Source: Callorhinchus milii (lineage: Eukaryota). From it: 64,000 bases of DNA. A program made the translations under genes and the position numbers. The notes beneath the pieces were generated by a model that made no database searches, was not told where the DNA came from, and worked only from the letters and a program-made list of their open reading frames with translations. The DNA lies in NCBI RefSeq assembly GCF_018977255.1, contig NW_024704743.1:45014001-45078000 (forward strand). The letters run 5' to 3'. This document shows positions 38,969 to 52,067 of this stretch, in pieces (the first letter of the stretch is position 1; each line of letters begins with the position of its first letter).

Positions 38969-41754
38969 GTGCCATGTTATAGAGTGGATTGTGATTTTAT
39001 GGCTCTTAACCACCATGTTAGAACAGGGCTTCGCTATCTTATATTGCTGACATGCCTCCACCATTCTTCATTCGTAAGTCCAGACAGCTACAGTCTGTGG
39101 GCGGTGGACATCTCAGCTGAGCCCACCCTCACCTGACTGATGCTGCCACGTGAGAACTTTCTAATGACAGTCAGGCATCACTGGCTAATAATACAGATCA
39201 GGCATTGATTCTTTCATCTCCCCCCGTGCAGCTCAGGGTTGCTGAGGCCAAGTGTGTTACCCACCATAGTTAACTCAGTACAATCTCAGAGACTGACCCT
39301 CAGAATGTTCCTGTGTGTATGGTTCAGCCCCACAGCATACAGACAACACACCAGCTTAGTTATTGCTTAGATGAATCTAAATGTACATTGTAAGTCTGCT
39401 CTTACAGCATCTTGTTTGCTTCTGTCACTTTGCTTTTCCTTTAATACTCTATAATTAAATGCAGTGAATTAATTAGAGAGCTTTTAGATTTTATTTGTTC
39501 GCCGATTGTCTTTGAACTATAGAGTAGCTACGCCCCGAAAAAGCATTTCTTTTTATGAGCTACAGTGTTTCCTATCCATTTTAAATCTCTTTCTCACCAT
39601 GTCCTGATGAAACTGCCCACAGCCCTCTTCCAGTAAACAGCACTTTTGTAAATAAGTAAATAAGTTGGCTTTTGTGGGCTTTCTCTACTTTTTGGTTGTA
39701 TTTCTTTATCTCATATTTTATCTCCAATGTTATCTCCCACTCCATCACGTCCTTACCTCAGCTGAATCCGCCCTCTATTGAATTTCATCCTCAAGACTAA
39801 CAAAAAACCCAGGTCGCTAAGCCTTGCAGTGCGTGCTTATATCAACAGCACCAAAGGTTGTAAATTTACTGAAAAGTGTAGCATAATGCATTCTCACTGA
39901 CTGACGAATATCCAAATATTTATAAATAAGCACCTTCTTAATTACCCCTCTCCCCAAGTATAACATTGTTCTGTTTTCTCCCCCCCCTTTCTGTAAAAAT
40001 CTCACCAAGTCACACACCTGTAACCTGCACCCAGTCCCAACCAACCTCACTTCACTCAGTAGCTGGGAGGCTCATGACACCAACTTAGTGACAAATCTGC
40101 CTCCAATATTCCATCTCTCTTGCTTGGGTAGAGTAGCTATCCCCTAGCACCTTATTACTTACAGCAGAGCTATTTAAATTAGGAACTTGATGGAATTTGA
40201 GTATTGAACCTTGGGCCCCCCACTCTGTGGTGCCGTATATACATTGGTGGCTCAACCCATTCCGATATTGCACTGACAACTTCTTGCAATTCTCAGTATG
40301 TGACAGGAGAAGGGCATGTTTACAATGAAACGTTGCTTAATTACAGACTTGTGTTCATGAATTCTCAGGGGTTAAGTGTTTGAAACAGTTGCTGGCATTG
40401 TGTCGGGTCTTTAATCTTTGTCGCAAGGACAAGATTGGTGAATTTGTTGGCTTGTTCAGAAAAACAAGTTGATTAAACTTATCAGTGTAGACAAGAAATT
40501 GCTCGTTTAGTTACCAAGATTTTTCTTTTAAATTCTCAAGGCCGGCTGAGCCATGGCAACAGAACGTGTGTCTGAGCAGGACATCAGCATTTCTTGATAT
40601 AGTTTATCAGGCAGCTTGCTTTGCATTGCAACCCTTTGCATAAAGGAAGCTGTTCCATTTGGAACTTCATCTAGTCTAAGAAAGATCCACTTTGAATGTT
40701 TAAATGCTGACGGTTGCCTCTTGTACTCTTTATAGGGTGAAGCTTCTCTGTCGACTTCACGTTATGAGCATCCTTAAAAATTCTATAAGTTATGTTATGC
40801 AATAGAGCAAAAACAAATGAGACATTCTCAGACTTCAAAGAAAAATAGGAGCTGAATAAAGGCATGTGTTAGAATGCTACACTGTAGCCCTCTTATTATA
40901 AACATCTGGCTCTTTTGATCACCAGTAGCTGTGGTTTTAAATGTTTTTGACTTTCTAACTGAGTGACAGATTAAAGAGGGAATCTCATCAGGAGTCCTCT
41001 TTAATGTCAATCAGCTACAAAGAATTATTTTGCTTTATGTTCTGCATTTCTGTTGTGTTTTTCTGCTTGAAGGTTTATTTCTTTGCTAGACCTGAGTACT
41101 ATTAACTTTATAAAGGCATTCACTAGCTTTTGGAGTCACTGAGTCCCACAAAATGAAAAAGCTGAGTTAACATAAATAGCTGTGGTCATTAACTCAGGAT
41201 GCTTCAGTGATCTTATCATTGTGACTGTGTGAGGCAGCAATTCATCTCCTTCAAACTGTCCCAACAGTTATTCCTCAACAGAACAAGGATCAACACGAGC
41301 AGAAGGGCAAAATGAAAAGGTTGTTAAACATAATCACAGTTCTTTGCAATCATTTGCGATATTGATGCCAAGACTCACACCTCTGAACAATGCATCCAGG
41401 AGGTGTAGACATGTCCTCAGCCCTGTGAGCAAGCCAAAGCTAGGCTTGACCCTCGCTGGACAAGTATCATTGGTGCGTGATCATTGTGTTTGAACAACTG
41501 GCTATTTCAATTACTCCAAAATGTCAAGCCCTGCCTGTGGGGATGAGGCATATCAAATGGAAAGGAATTGAAAGAAGCACAGGTTTTGTTACCAGGGAGG
41601 AAGGATGGCTGCAACAGTCACTGGTCAGCTTCTGCATGCTAACATTCTTGTGCCAAAGTAATGTGCTTAGCCATAAGCTGCATCATCACATAGTTGTGTT
41701 TTACAAGTACAGAAGAATAGTTTGCTGAACATTTCGCACCAAAGCCAGTGCCCC

Positions 41755-41985
41755 TAGAAACCATAGAAACCTACAGCACAGAAGAAGGCCATTTGGCCCA
41801 TCGGGTCTATCCTGGCTCTTTTAAGCCCCATTTATCTGCCCTTTCCCCTATCCAGCTGTCGCTTAGTCCTTTTTTGCTATTTGTCTATGTCTCGTCTGAA
41901 AGCTAATATGGATTCTGCCTCAACCACCACTCCCTGCAGGGCATTCCATATTCTAACCACTCTGTGCACAAAGTATTTTCTTCTA
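41755..41985 (-). mobile_element. CR1 3' end fragment
   Basis: tagaaaccatagaaacctacagcacagaagaaggccatttggccc is a reverse CR1 terminus; gcattccatattctaaccactctg is the reverse of RVVRIWNA. Confidence 0.7.
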
Positions 41986-42023
41986 ATCTCTCCATTTGCT
42001 CATTTTCTAACTATCTTAAATTG

Positions 42024-42381
42024 ATAATAATCCTCTCATTTGATGTAGCGCCTTATCACATCTTTGAGATGTCTCAAAATGCTTCACGGAATATACTGAA
42101 ACATGAATTGACTATATATTTTTTGGGCAAAACGCGGCAGCCAATTGCGCTCAGCAGTGTCCCACAAACTGTCATGGATTGAGTGACCAATTTTTTTTGA
42201 AGGAATTATTACCCCCAGAAAAGCGAGCTGCCAATCGACTAACAACCAGGTTCCTATCTACTGCTAGGTAAACAGAGGTGTGTGAAGTGAGGGAACTTGT
42301 CCAACATTTTGCCCTGCCGGGAATCAAACCCATGTTTCTCACTTCGAGGTGAGTGCTCTAACCACTGAGCTACAGGACTCC
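42024..42381 (-). mobile_element. SINE, long subfamily
   Basis: Full-length reverse copy similar to 9413-9765. Confidence 0.88.
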
Positions 42382-42866
42382 ACTGTCCTGTAGCTGTAAA
42401 TTGATGCCTTCTACTGACTCACTGACCACTGGGAATAATTTCTTCCTGTCGACTTTATCAAAACTCATAATGCTTTTAAAGATTTCCCTCAACCTTATTT
42501 GTTCCAACGGCAAAAGTCCCAGTTCCCAGTTAACCCTTATAATGCATTTAGATATGGCACTATATCAAATGCAAGGGTTATTATTATTTATACAAAAAGA
42601 ATTGTTTTCACATCAATAGGTCATTGTGGCTGTTACACGGCCTCTTAAAACTAGTAGCTTCTTCCTTTTATTAATAACAATAATATTAATAATAACTTGT
42701 ATTTGAAATATTTGTTAAAGAAACATCTCAAAGTGCTGCACAGGATTTAATGCGAAGTGTAGTGACTATTTATAGTTGAATGTGGCAGCCAATTTGCGCA
42801 GACCAATGTCCTACAAACAGCCATGGGGGTGGAATGTGAAAATTTCTACAACAAATTGTGGTTGTA

Positions 42867-45800
42867 CAACAACAACAACAACAAGATTCCATTTATAAAG
42901 CGCCTTTCACGTCAGGAGGACGTCCCAAGGCGCTGCACAGTTGGGTCATGACCCGAGCAGGGGGGAAATGGTCAGGGGGAGGGGAGGGAAGGGAGGGAGC
43001 GAGGAGGGGGAAGAGAGTCGAGAGGGGAGCTGAAGGCTCGGTCAAAGAGAAAGGTTTTGAGACCGGCCTTGGAGGAGGAAAGGGAGGAGGCGGCGAAGGC
43101 ACTGGCGGATAGAGTTCCAGAGCCTCGGGGCTGAGAGGCTGAAGGCCCGACCACCGATGGTAGGGCGGTTGGGGCGGGGGACGTGGAGCAGACCGGAGCC
43201 AGAGGAACGGAGGGTACGGGCAGGTAGGTAGGGGGATAGTAGGTTGGAGAGGTAGGAGGGAGCAAGGCCGTGAATGGCCTTGTAGGTGAGGATGAGGATC
43301 TTGAAATCAATCCTCTGGGGGATGGGGAGCCAGTGGAGGCGAGCGAGGGTGGGAGTGATGTGGTCCCGAAGCCTGGTGCGGGACAGTACACGAGCTGCAG
43401 AGTTCTGAATGACCTGCAGCTTGTGGAGGGAGGTGGCGGGAAGGCCGGCGAGGAGAGAGTTCCCATAGTCCAGCCTTGAGGTGACAAAGGCGTGGACCAG
43501 GGTTTCAGCAGCGTGAGGGGTGAGGTAATGCCGTAGTCTGGCGATGTTCCGGAGGTGATGGAAGGCGGTGCCAGTTGTGGTGCGGATGTGAGGGAGAAAG
43601 GACAGCTCAGGGTCGAACAAAACGCCGAGGTTCCTGACTGGCTTTGAGAGGTGGAGAGTGCAGCCTTGGATGCTGATGGTGTCAGCGCCTGAGGTGCGGA
43701 GGCGCTGACGTGAGCCAATCAGGAGGGCCTCGGTTTTTCGCACGTTGAGCTGAAGAAAGTTGTCTCTCGTCCAGGACTCGATGTCGGACAGGCAGCTGTC
43801 AGGACATCGGTGGTCGTGGAGTTGAGAGTAGAGGAGGAAAGGTAGAGTTGGGTGTCATCCGCATACATGTGGAAGTTAACTCCATGTCTGCGGATGATGT
43901 CACCAAGGGGGAGCATATAGAGGGTGAAGAGGAGGGGACCGAGGACAGAGCCCTGAGGGACACCACATGAGACAGTGCGGGGGTGGAGGAGAAGCCATTC
44001 GTCGAGACAAAGTGAAGACGGTGAGAAAGGTACGACCTAAACCATTCAAGGACAGTGCCTTGAAGGTTGAGGTGGGAGGACAAGCGGTGGAGTAGGATAG
44101 CGTGGTCGACCGTATCGAATGCTGCCGATAGGTCGAGGAGGACGAGGAGGCAGAGGGAGCCCTGGTCACAGATGGTCAGGATATCATTGGTGACCTTGAC
44201 CAGGGCAGTTTCTGTGCTATGGGCAGCACGGAAACCTGACTGAAGGGGTTCAAAAAGTGAATGGGTGGAAAGGAAAGAGCGCAGTTGGGAGGCGACAACT
44301 CTTTCCAAGACCTTGGAGAGAAAGGGGAGGTTGGAGATGGGCCGGTAGCTTGATAGCTGCGACGCATCAAGGGAGGGTTTTTTCAGGGTGGGCGTGATGG
44401 TGGCAGTTTTTAATGGAATGGGGACAGAGCCAGAGGAGAGGGACAGGTTGATGATGTCAGTGATATGTGGGGCAAGAAAGTGGAGCTGGGAGATAAGGAG
44501 TGGAGTGGGGATGGGGTCAAGGGAGCAGGTGGTTGGTTTTAGGGATAGGATGAGTTCAGTGACAGAGGGTGGGGAAACGGGTACGAAAGTGTGTAGGGGA
44601 GGATGGGTAGGAGTCGGAGTGTGGGAGGGAGGGGGTGGGGGGTTGGTGGAAGTTGGAGGGGAAGTGACCGCGGAGCGGATTCCCTTGATCTTGGATTCAA
44701 GGAAATCCAGCATCTCCTCGCAGTGAAGGTTGGAGGAGATGACCTGCGCGGGGTGGCGGGGGGGACGGAGGAGTCGGGTTGTGGTGGAAAACAGTAGCCT
44801 GGGGTTGTTCTTCGCCTCCAGGATTATCCTGGAGTAGAAGGACGACTTGGCCGAGGCTAGAGTGGAGCGGTAAATTTTGAGGAGGTCCAGCCAGATTTGT
44901 CGGTGGACCGTTAGGCCAGATTTGACACAGGTGCGTTCAGCAGCCCGCACCTGGCTTTTCAGTGAGCGGAGGTGGGTGGTGTACCAGGGGGAGGAGCGGG
45001 AGTAGGAGACAGTGCGGGAAGTGATGGGGGCAAGAGTATCGAGTGTGGAGGAGAGGGTATTGTGGAGGAGGGAGAGAGGAGAAGAGGGGTCGGTGAGGGT
45101 TGAAGGCCAGAGGGAGAGGAGTTCAGAGGACTCCAAGGCATCGGTTAGGGATTGTGGGGGTAACTTCTTCCAAGGGCGGTAGAAGATGGTGGTGGGTCTG
45201 GTGGAGGTGGGGAGGGGGGTGGAGGTGGTGAAGGAGATGAAGTAGTGGTCAGAGATGGCCTTGTCGGTAATAGTGACATCCGAGACACTGAGGCCCCGGG
45301 TGATCACCAAATCGAGTGGGTGGCCGTGACTGTGAGTGGGGGAGTTTATGTGTAAGGAGAGGTTGAGTGAGGAGAGCAGGGAAGAGAAGTCTGTGGAGAT
45401 GGAGCAGGAGGGGGTGAAGTGTAGGTTAAAGTCGCCCAGGATGATGAGGCGATCAGAGCAGAGGCAAAGAGATGTGAGGAGTGTTGAAATGTCAGAGATG
45501 AAGGTGGGAGAGGTTTTAGGGGGCCGGTAGAGGAGGAGGATTTTAAGGGAGAGGAATGAGGGGTGGGAGAGGGTGAGGTGCTCAAAGGAGGGGAAAGAGC
45601 CAGTGGAGTAGGGGGATAGGGCAAGTGGTGTCCTTGAGATAAGGGCAACACCACCGCCACGGCGGTTGGGGCGGGGGATGTGGTGGGAGGTGTAGCCGGG
45701 TGGCGTGGCCTCCGTGAGGGGGAAGGTGTCGCCTGGGGTGAGCCAGGTTTCTGTTAAGGCCATGATATCAACGTTCTCATCAAGGATGAGATCGTTGATG

Positions 45801-46353
45801 ACCAGGGCCTTGTTGCAGAGGGAGCGGACATTTTGCAGTCCGATGTGGAGGGAGCGGTTGACAGAAGGGTGTGTGGGAGGGGAGGGGGTCCAGGTTGTGA
45901 GGCAGGGGTGGGGGGAATGGGGATGAGGGAGGAGAGGTTGACTCCCCGGGTCTGTGTCCGGGGTGGGTGGCGAGTGTGGTGGGGAATGGGGCAGTCGGTG
46001 TGGCTGCTGCTGGACAGCCAACGCCGAGTGCCACGGTGAGCCCGGCGGAGGATTCCCAGGCTGGAACAGAGGGAGGTTGTGGGAGGGTCAAGTGGGGATA
46101 GAAGACGAGAGGGACGGAGAGAGAGGAGGAGAGAGCGGGAGAGATGCAGAGGGGGGAGGGTTTGGGGGAGAGAGGAGGGGGGCGGGAGGGAGGGGGTGAG
46201 GGGGCTCGGGTCAAAGCGGCAGCCATAGTGCGCACGCGGGGACCGGGGGCGAGCGGTCAGGTGGATGGCATTATCCCGTAGATTGGGGCAGCGAACCCAA
46301 CAGGACCATAGTGGGCTCTGATGTGAGCCCTGGGTGGGGTGGGGCGCAGAGAC
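42867..46353 (-). mobile_element. Near-intact L2-clade LINE (APE endonuclease plus reverse transcriptase) with a few frameshifts
   Basis: The 740-aa ORF 43799-46021 has APE motifs (QNVRSL, ALTETWL, GGGVA, YRPP, GDFN, LDL, SDH) and RT motifs (YRPIS, QSGFR, LDLSAAFDTV). [14 protein letters not shown] and the C-terminus follow in adjacent frames. (TTG)n tail at 42867-42884; possible 5-bp TSD TTGTA at 42862-42866 and 46354-46358. Confidence 0.95.
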
Positions 46354-46420
46354 TTGTAAGCACAGTCCATGGATTATTCTAAAAGGGAATTGGAAAGGTT
46401 CTTGCAAAAGGGACAAGTTA

Positions 46421-46749
46421 AATAATAATAATAATAATAATAATCCTTGCATTTGATATAGCGCTTTTCACGTCGGGAGGACGTCCCAAAGCGCTTCACA
46501 GAATAGACTGTAAAGTGAATTGACTGTATATTTGTGGGCGAACGCGGCAGCCAATTGCGCACAGCAATGTCCCACAAACAGTTGTAAATTGAAAATGACC
46601 AATTTATTATTGTTTTTGTTTTGGAGGGATTATTATTAGGCTCTGTGTGGAGTAAGGAAACTTGCCCAAGGTTTCGCCCTCTGACTGGAATTGAACTCAG
46701 GTCTCTCACTTGCAAAGCAAGTGCTCTAACCACTGAGCTACAGGACTCC
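46421..46749 (-). mobile_element. SINE, short subfamily
   Basis: Near-identical reverse copy of 24085-24399 with a (TTA)8 tail. Confidence 0.92.
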
Positions 46750-49242
46750 ACACTAAAGAGTGCACAAAGACTGCACTAAAGAGTGCAGGGTGAGAGCAGG
46801 AGGATAGGATTAGATCAAAGTGGCTTGTGTGGAGCAAAACTCTAGCACAGACTTGCTGGGCCAAATGGCCGGTTTGTGTGCTGTAACATTCAATGATCCT
46901 GATACAAAAGTGAGTAGCATTCTTTTGCAGAGATAGATTACAAAAGATACACAGAGCGTGCTGCCCTGTATTTAAATAATGCAGCCAGTAAATTGCTTCT
47001 CTTATGCCTTTTGTGCTCAAGGTTTCACATATCCCTTTCTACTTTCTTCACCGAAGATAAGATTTCAAACGCGATTAAGAATTAAAAACAAGTTGCGTAC
47101 TTTTAACATCAATGAAGGTAGTTGGAGTTGAGAACAGAGGTGAGGTTTGTTATTGGTAGACTAATTTTTTCAAGCAAGCAGTCTAATTGGTGAAGGGAGT
47201 GGGGATGGACATATGATCAAGAGTTGTCAATCAGCCACTGTTAGCTAGTGGACTCTTGTCTTATCTAAGGGATTGTATTCTGGATAGATGAGATCAAATG
47301 GCGTGTACAGTCTTCTTCATCTAAACCTCTCTTGTGATCTCCTGTTTGTACTGAGTGCTTTGATCTGACTTTGTTTTTAAAAAAGGGGACAATGCTCCTG
47401 TTATATTTTTAAGTGAAGCCAAGCCTCACCCCTCAGTCTGGTTGCACAGGCTTCTGGAGACCCACCAAACAGGTGGCTTGGCAATGCTTCCAATATAAAA
47501 ACGGGAGCCAATGGAGTTCTTCAGGATCCAGTGCAGATCCTATGACACATATTGAAACCAGCATCCCCCCTTCTCTCCCCGTATGTACTCCTTGGCAAGT
47601 CAAGATTTCTGGCCGGAAGACAGCCACCAGTAATTGGAGTCAACGTGCTTGGCTGGGTTCTTTATGGCAGACATGGTGAGCACTCTGGTTTCCTCTGAAA
47701 TTCAGAGCACCGCTGCTGACCTGCGGACAGGTCTGCCTGCTATAGGAAACAGCGGGTATGTGTATTCCTCTGTGCAGTGCTGCTCAAAGATTCAGTGGAT
47801 TCCTAGCCTTAAGAACCTTATCTCAAAATAAACGATTGTGCAGGATTTTGGAAAATCCATGCATTCTCTCTTCATTTGGAAGCCGTTTTTCCACAGGTTT
47901 TAAAAAGAACTAGTTTCCAAATTATTCCAAGTCTTCAGTATAATCCTAATGTCTTTGTGAAGTTTTTCTGCTTTTAGGAGCACTTCTTCAATAAAATTAA
48001 TTGTATATTTTTGCTCTTCAACCTGAGTTATAATGAATGTGCTGTTTCCATTTAATAATAAAATAATAATCCTTGCATTTCATATTGCAATGGTGAAACC
48101 TTATCAAATAGCGCCTTATCACGTCATCAAAGTGCTTCGGGGAGTTACTGCAAGGTATAGTGATTGTGTATTTGTAGACAAACGGGGCAGCCAGTTTGTG
48201 CACAAGAATGTTCCACAAATGATATAAATGACATTTGCTGTCAATGGTGATAATTAGGAATTGCAGTGCGATTGCACATGGGCTGCAGTTTAGCTCAATG
48301 ACACTTGATCCTAAATATTGATCCGATCATTCTGAGCTGACCTGTATGACTGAGCTCCGCACAGCTTCTCTCGTTCTCCTTTAGAGAATTACCTTTTGGT
48401 TTTCAGACTGAGAGTCAATGAAGTTACAGAAAGTAACCATCCTAACATTGTAGCAATATCAAAAATTGAAACTTAAATATATTTGAGCTGCTGATGAGGC
48501 GTTCATTCCTTAATAACAACAACTTACTTCTCATGTAGGATAATGTCTGAACACTTCGCAGCGAAGTTGTGGAAGCTCAAGCCAGGTGGGAAGGGGCGGG
48601 GTAGAAGGGTTGATCATTTTAAGAGGTAGGATTTATAAAGGTTTTGAAACCTGTGAGGAAAGATTTGTGGAAGGGAGTTCTACAGAGTGGATGCATAGTA
48701 GCTGAAAGCCTGGTAATCAATGGAGGAATTGTAAACCAGGTCCAGGCTTGAGGAGCAGAGGGAGTGGGTTGCAGGAGAATCCTCCTCTTCTACTCCAAAT
48801 GACAAATAGGGACTCTATCTGGTAATCGGAAGTGCATCAGGCCTACAGCTGGAGTTCCCCTCTGGAGTTAGATTGTACAGGAGCCGAGTTTCTGCACGTC
48901 CGTGTGACTTGCATCCGGTTTGAGTCATTGTTGAGTGATCTCATTAGAAATTACTGTAATTTAGACCCTGTGTATAAATATCATGTGGCTCTGGAACCGT
49001 TATAGCATTCTCTGCTCTATATCACTCACCACAGTGTCAAATAAAAGAGGAATTTGGTATTGGAAAAGCCGTCTCTAAAGACCATTCACCTCCTCTTTGT
49101 TCCCATAAGATATGACTATACTGTAATACATCCAATAAAATGAATGGCGGAGGTGGATTGTTTTTCAATTAGATCATTGCTCTCCGAGAGCATGTTTTCT
49201 GCCCAGTTATAAAACACATTAAATGCCGTTCTGTTTTTTTAA

Positions 49243-49521
<279 letters not shown>

Positions 49522-49574
49522 TAGCTACCGAACTGTTGGAAATCTGGTGAGATAAAGGGTGTGATTCTTTGGTC

Positions 49575-49810
49575 ATTTTTTTTTTACCCAGTGAGTTGTT
49601 ACGATCTGGAATGCGCTGCCTGAAAATGGTGGTGGAAGCAGATTTGATCATAGCTTACAAAATGGAATTGGATATGTATTTGAAAAGGAAAAATTTGCAG
49701 GGCTATGGGGTAAGAGCAAGGGAGTGGTACGAGTTGGGTAGCTCTTTCAAAGAGCCAGCACAGGCACGATGGGCTGAATGGCGTTCTTCTGTGCTGTGTG
49801 ATTCTATGAT
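49575..49810 (+). mobile_element. CR1 3' end fragment
   Basis: tttttacccagtgagttgtt...tggaatgcgctgcctg, then gggctgaatggc...ctgtgctgtgtgattctatga, the CR1-type terminus. Confidence 0.8.
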
Positions 49811-52067
49811 CAGTAACGTTGCAAACCTTGATAGGTGGGAATATTGTTTTTCCGCAAGTCCGTGTATTTACTGACGACTATTGAATAACACTAAAGTCTG
49901 TTGTCTTGACTCAGCGTCAATAACCTTTCAATGCTGAAGTTATTTGTATTCGATGACTTGCGGATACCTCACAGATTTTGTCTCCTAGAGGTGGCAAGCC
50001 CATGAAAAATGTGTTTAATGTGTTTGATTCAAATCAGTCTCCAACTCATGGCTTGCTAACTGAGGGACAGAGAATTTTGTAAACAAACCTTGCTTGGAAT
50101 CTATGCACCCGCTTGCTATTTTAGTTATTGTAGGGATAATATGTTATTATTCCTATAAGAAGAATCTGCAGAACCGATTGGGGACCCCAAGTAGGAGAGA
50201 CGTGGTGTTGATGTGGCATGACTCAGCCATTCCACCACTTTATAGAGTGAGGGCTAGCATTACCAAAGGGAATGGCCTTAAAATCAACACTTAAGACCCC
50301 GATCTCAGTTCTAACTCAACAACAACAACAAATTGCATTTGTATAGTGTCTTTCAGGTCAGGAGGATGTCCCAAGGTGCTGAACATTAATTCCCTGTTCA
50401 GAATGTTACCTTTCAATGGGAAAATTGCCTTATTTAATATTTTGGCTTAAATATGCAATAAGGTAGTAAGGATATGGACATCATTTTAAAAGTCAGATAT
50501 TGTAAAGTGACCACGCAGTTAATCTTAAACAGTACACAAAAATAATAGTTTTTTCAAATATTTTTTAAAAATGTGGACAAACTACTTTTATAAGGCAGTT
50601 AGGATCTATTAAATGATTAAGAGGAACATTTTAACATCTTATTAAATCTTATGCTGATACCTAAAACTTATTGCACTGGCTTTATTTCTATTGCAAATCA
50701 GTTATTTAAAACTGGAGATCACAAATGTGATATTTGCAGTCTGGATTCAAAAAGGATTATAAATATTGGATACAAGCTGGTGATAAAACTTACCAGTAGC
50801 CCAATGTACCATTGGAGTGCATTTCTTCATTCAAAGAGTTGTGAAGATGTGGAATTCTCTACCCCAGAAAGCGTAGGTACAAACAATAGGGATGTTTAAA
50901 AGACAGGTTGTCGATGTATATATACGTATGTGTGTATATGTATATCAATATGTTAAAACTCACATAAGTCATATCAGTTGGGATCATAACGTTTAATATG
51001 ACTTACGCGAAGTCTGAGTTGAGGCAAACTATATAAATTGTTTAAAATTTGATTTAATCAATAATCTGCATTGCACATGCGTAATTGAATGCAGCCAGTA
51101 AGTGTGCATGCGGTAATTCGTCACGGCAGCTGGTAAGTGTGCATGAGGTGACGGCTTAACACTACGTTTCCCGCGAGTCAATGCATCTTGACCCGTCGCC
51201 GCATGCACACTTAACAGCAAGTGTTGGAATTGATTGAATCGCGGAAATCAAGTTCTTCCTCGATGCTTCAACAGACAAAGACTACGTTTCCTACAATTTA
51301 ATGCAGCTGGTCGGTAAGTGTGTATTCATCGACGGGTCGGGACATCATTTCCTGCGATTCATGGAGGCTAGAAACTGCGGGAGTAATGGAGAATAGGAGT
51401 GCGGGATTACGAAATAGGAGATGATTAATACAGTAGTGCAAACAAATCTAATAATTACTGTATAATGAGAGGGCGATATACTGGGATTGAAAAAGATGTA
51501 GAGATATAACCTGGTGGAACAGGCTTGATGAGCTAAATGACCTTTTCCTTATTGGTGCCCTTATTGATTAGGCAGTCTATTGCTAAAAAATATTGATACA
51601 ATTCCCTCATATCATCAGTTTTAAATATCTCTGTCATGCCAGCTCTAATCTCATCTCACTGTTCAGAACAAATGTAGATTCAAGTATCATTGGAAGTGAA
51701 TAGGAGCTTGCATTAATCAGATTTCTTTTCTATTGATATCTTATAAGAGGGTCCTGAGAGCAAGCTTTCCCCTGTTAAAATAACACCTTTGTGGCGATTA
51801 CTTTGTTTGGTGGAAGTGAATTGGTTCAAAGCAGTCAGGTATGTAAATCATGAGGGTTATTCTCCTTTTGGGACTTAAAGTACTGACGTTCAGTGATGTC
51901 CACTTATAATGTGCGAAGTAAACATACCACGAGTACTTTGGGCAAGAGACAATTAATGCCTCTGAAGCTATTGTGAAGCAATTCAAAGGGAGCAATTCTC
52001 CATTTGTCAGTATATTTACTGACCTTGGCGCTGTGTGTTTATAATGGTATAATCTCATTATAAGGCA

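Noticed and set aside
43270..46199. Several + strand ORFs over the LINE
   Set aside because: Antisense shadow frames of the C-rich L2 coding strand.
46354..46749. SINE upstream of the LINE as a fused SINE-LINE unit or Pol III promoter
   Set aside because: About 65 bp of unrelated AT-rich DNA and a candidate LINE TSD separate them; independent insertions are simpler.
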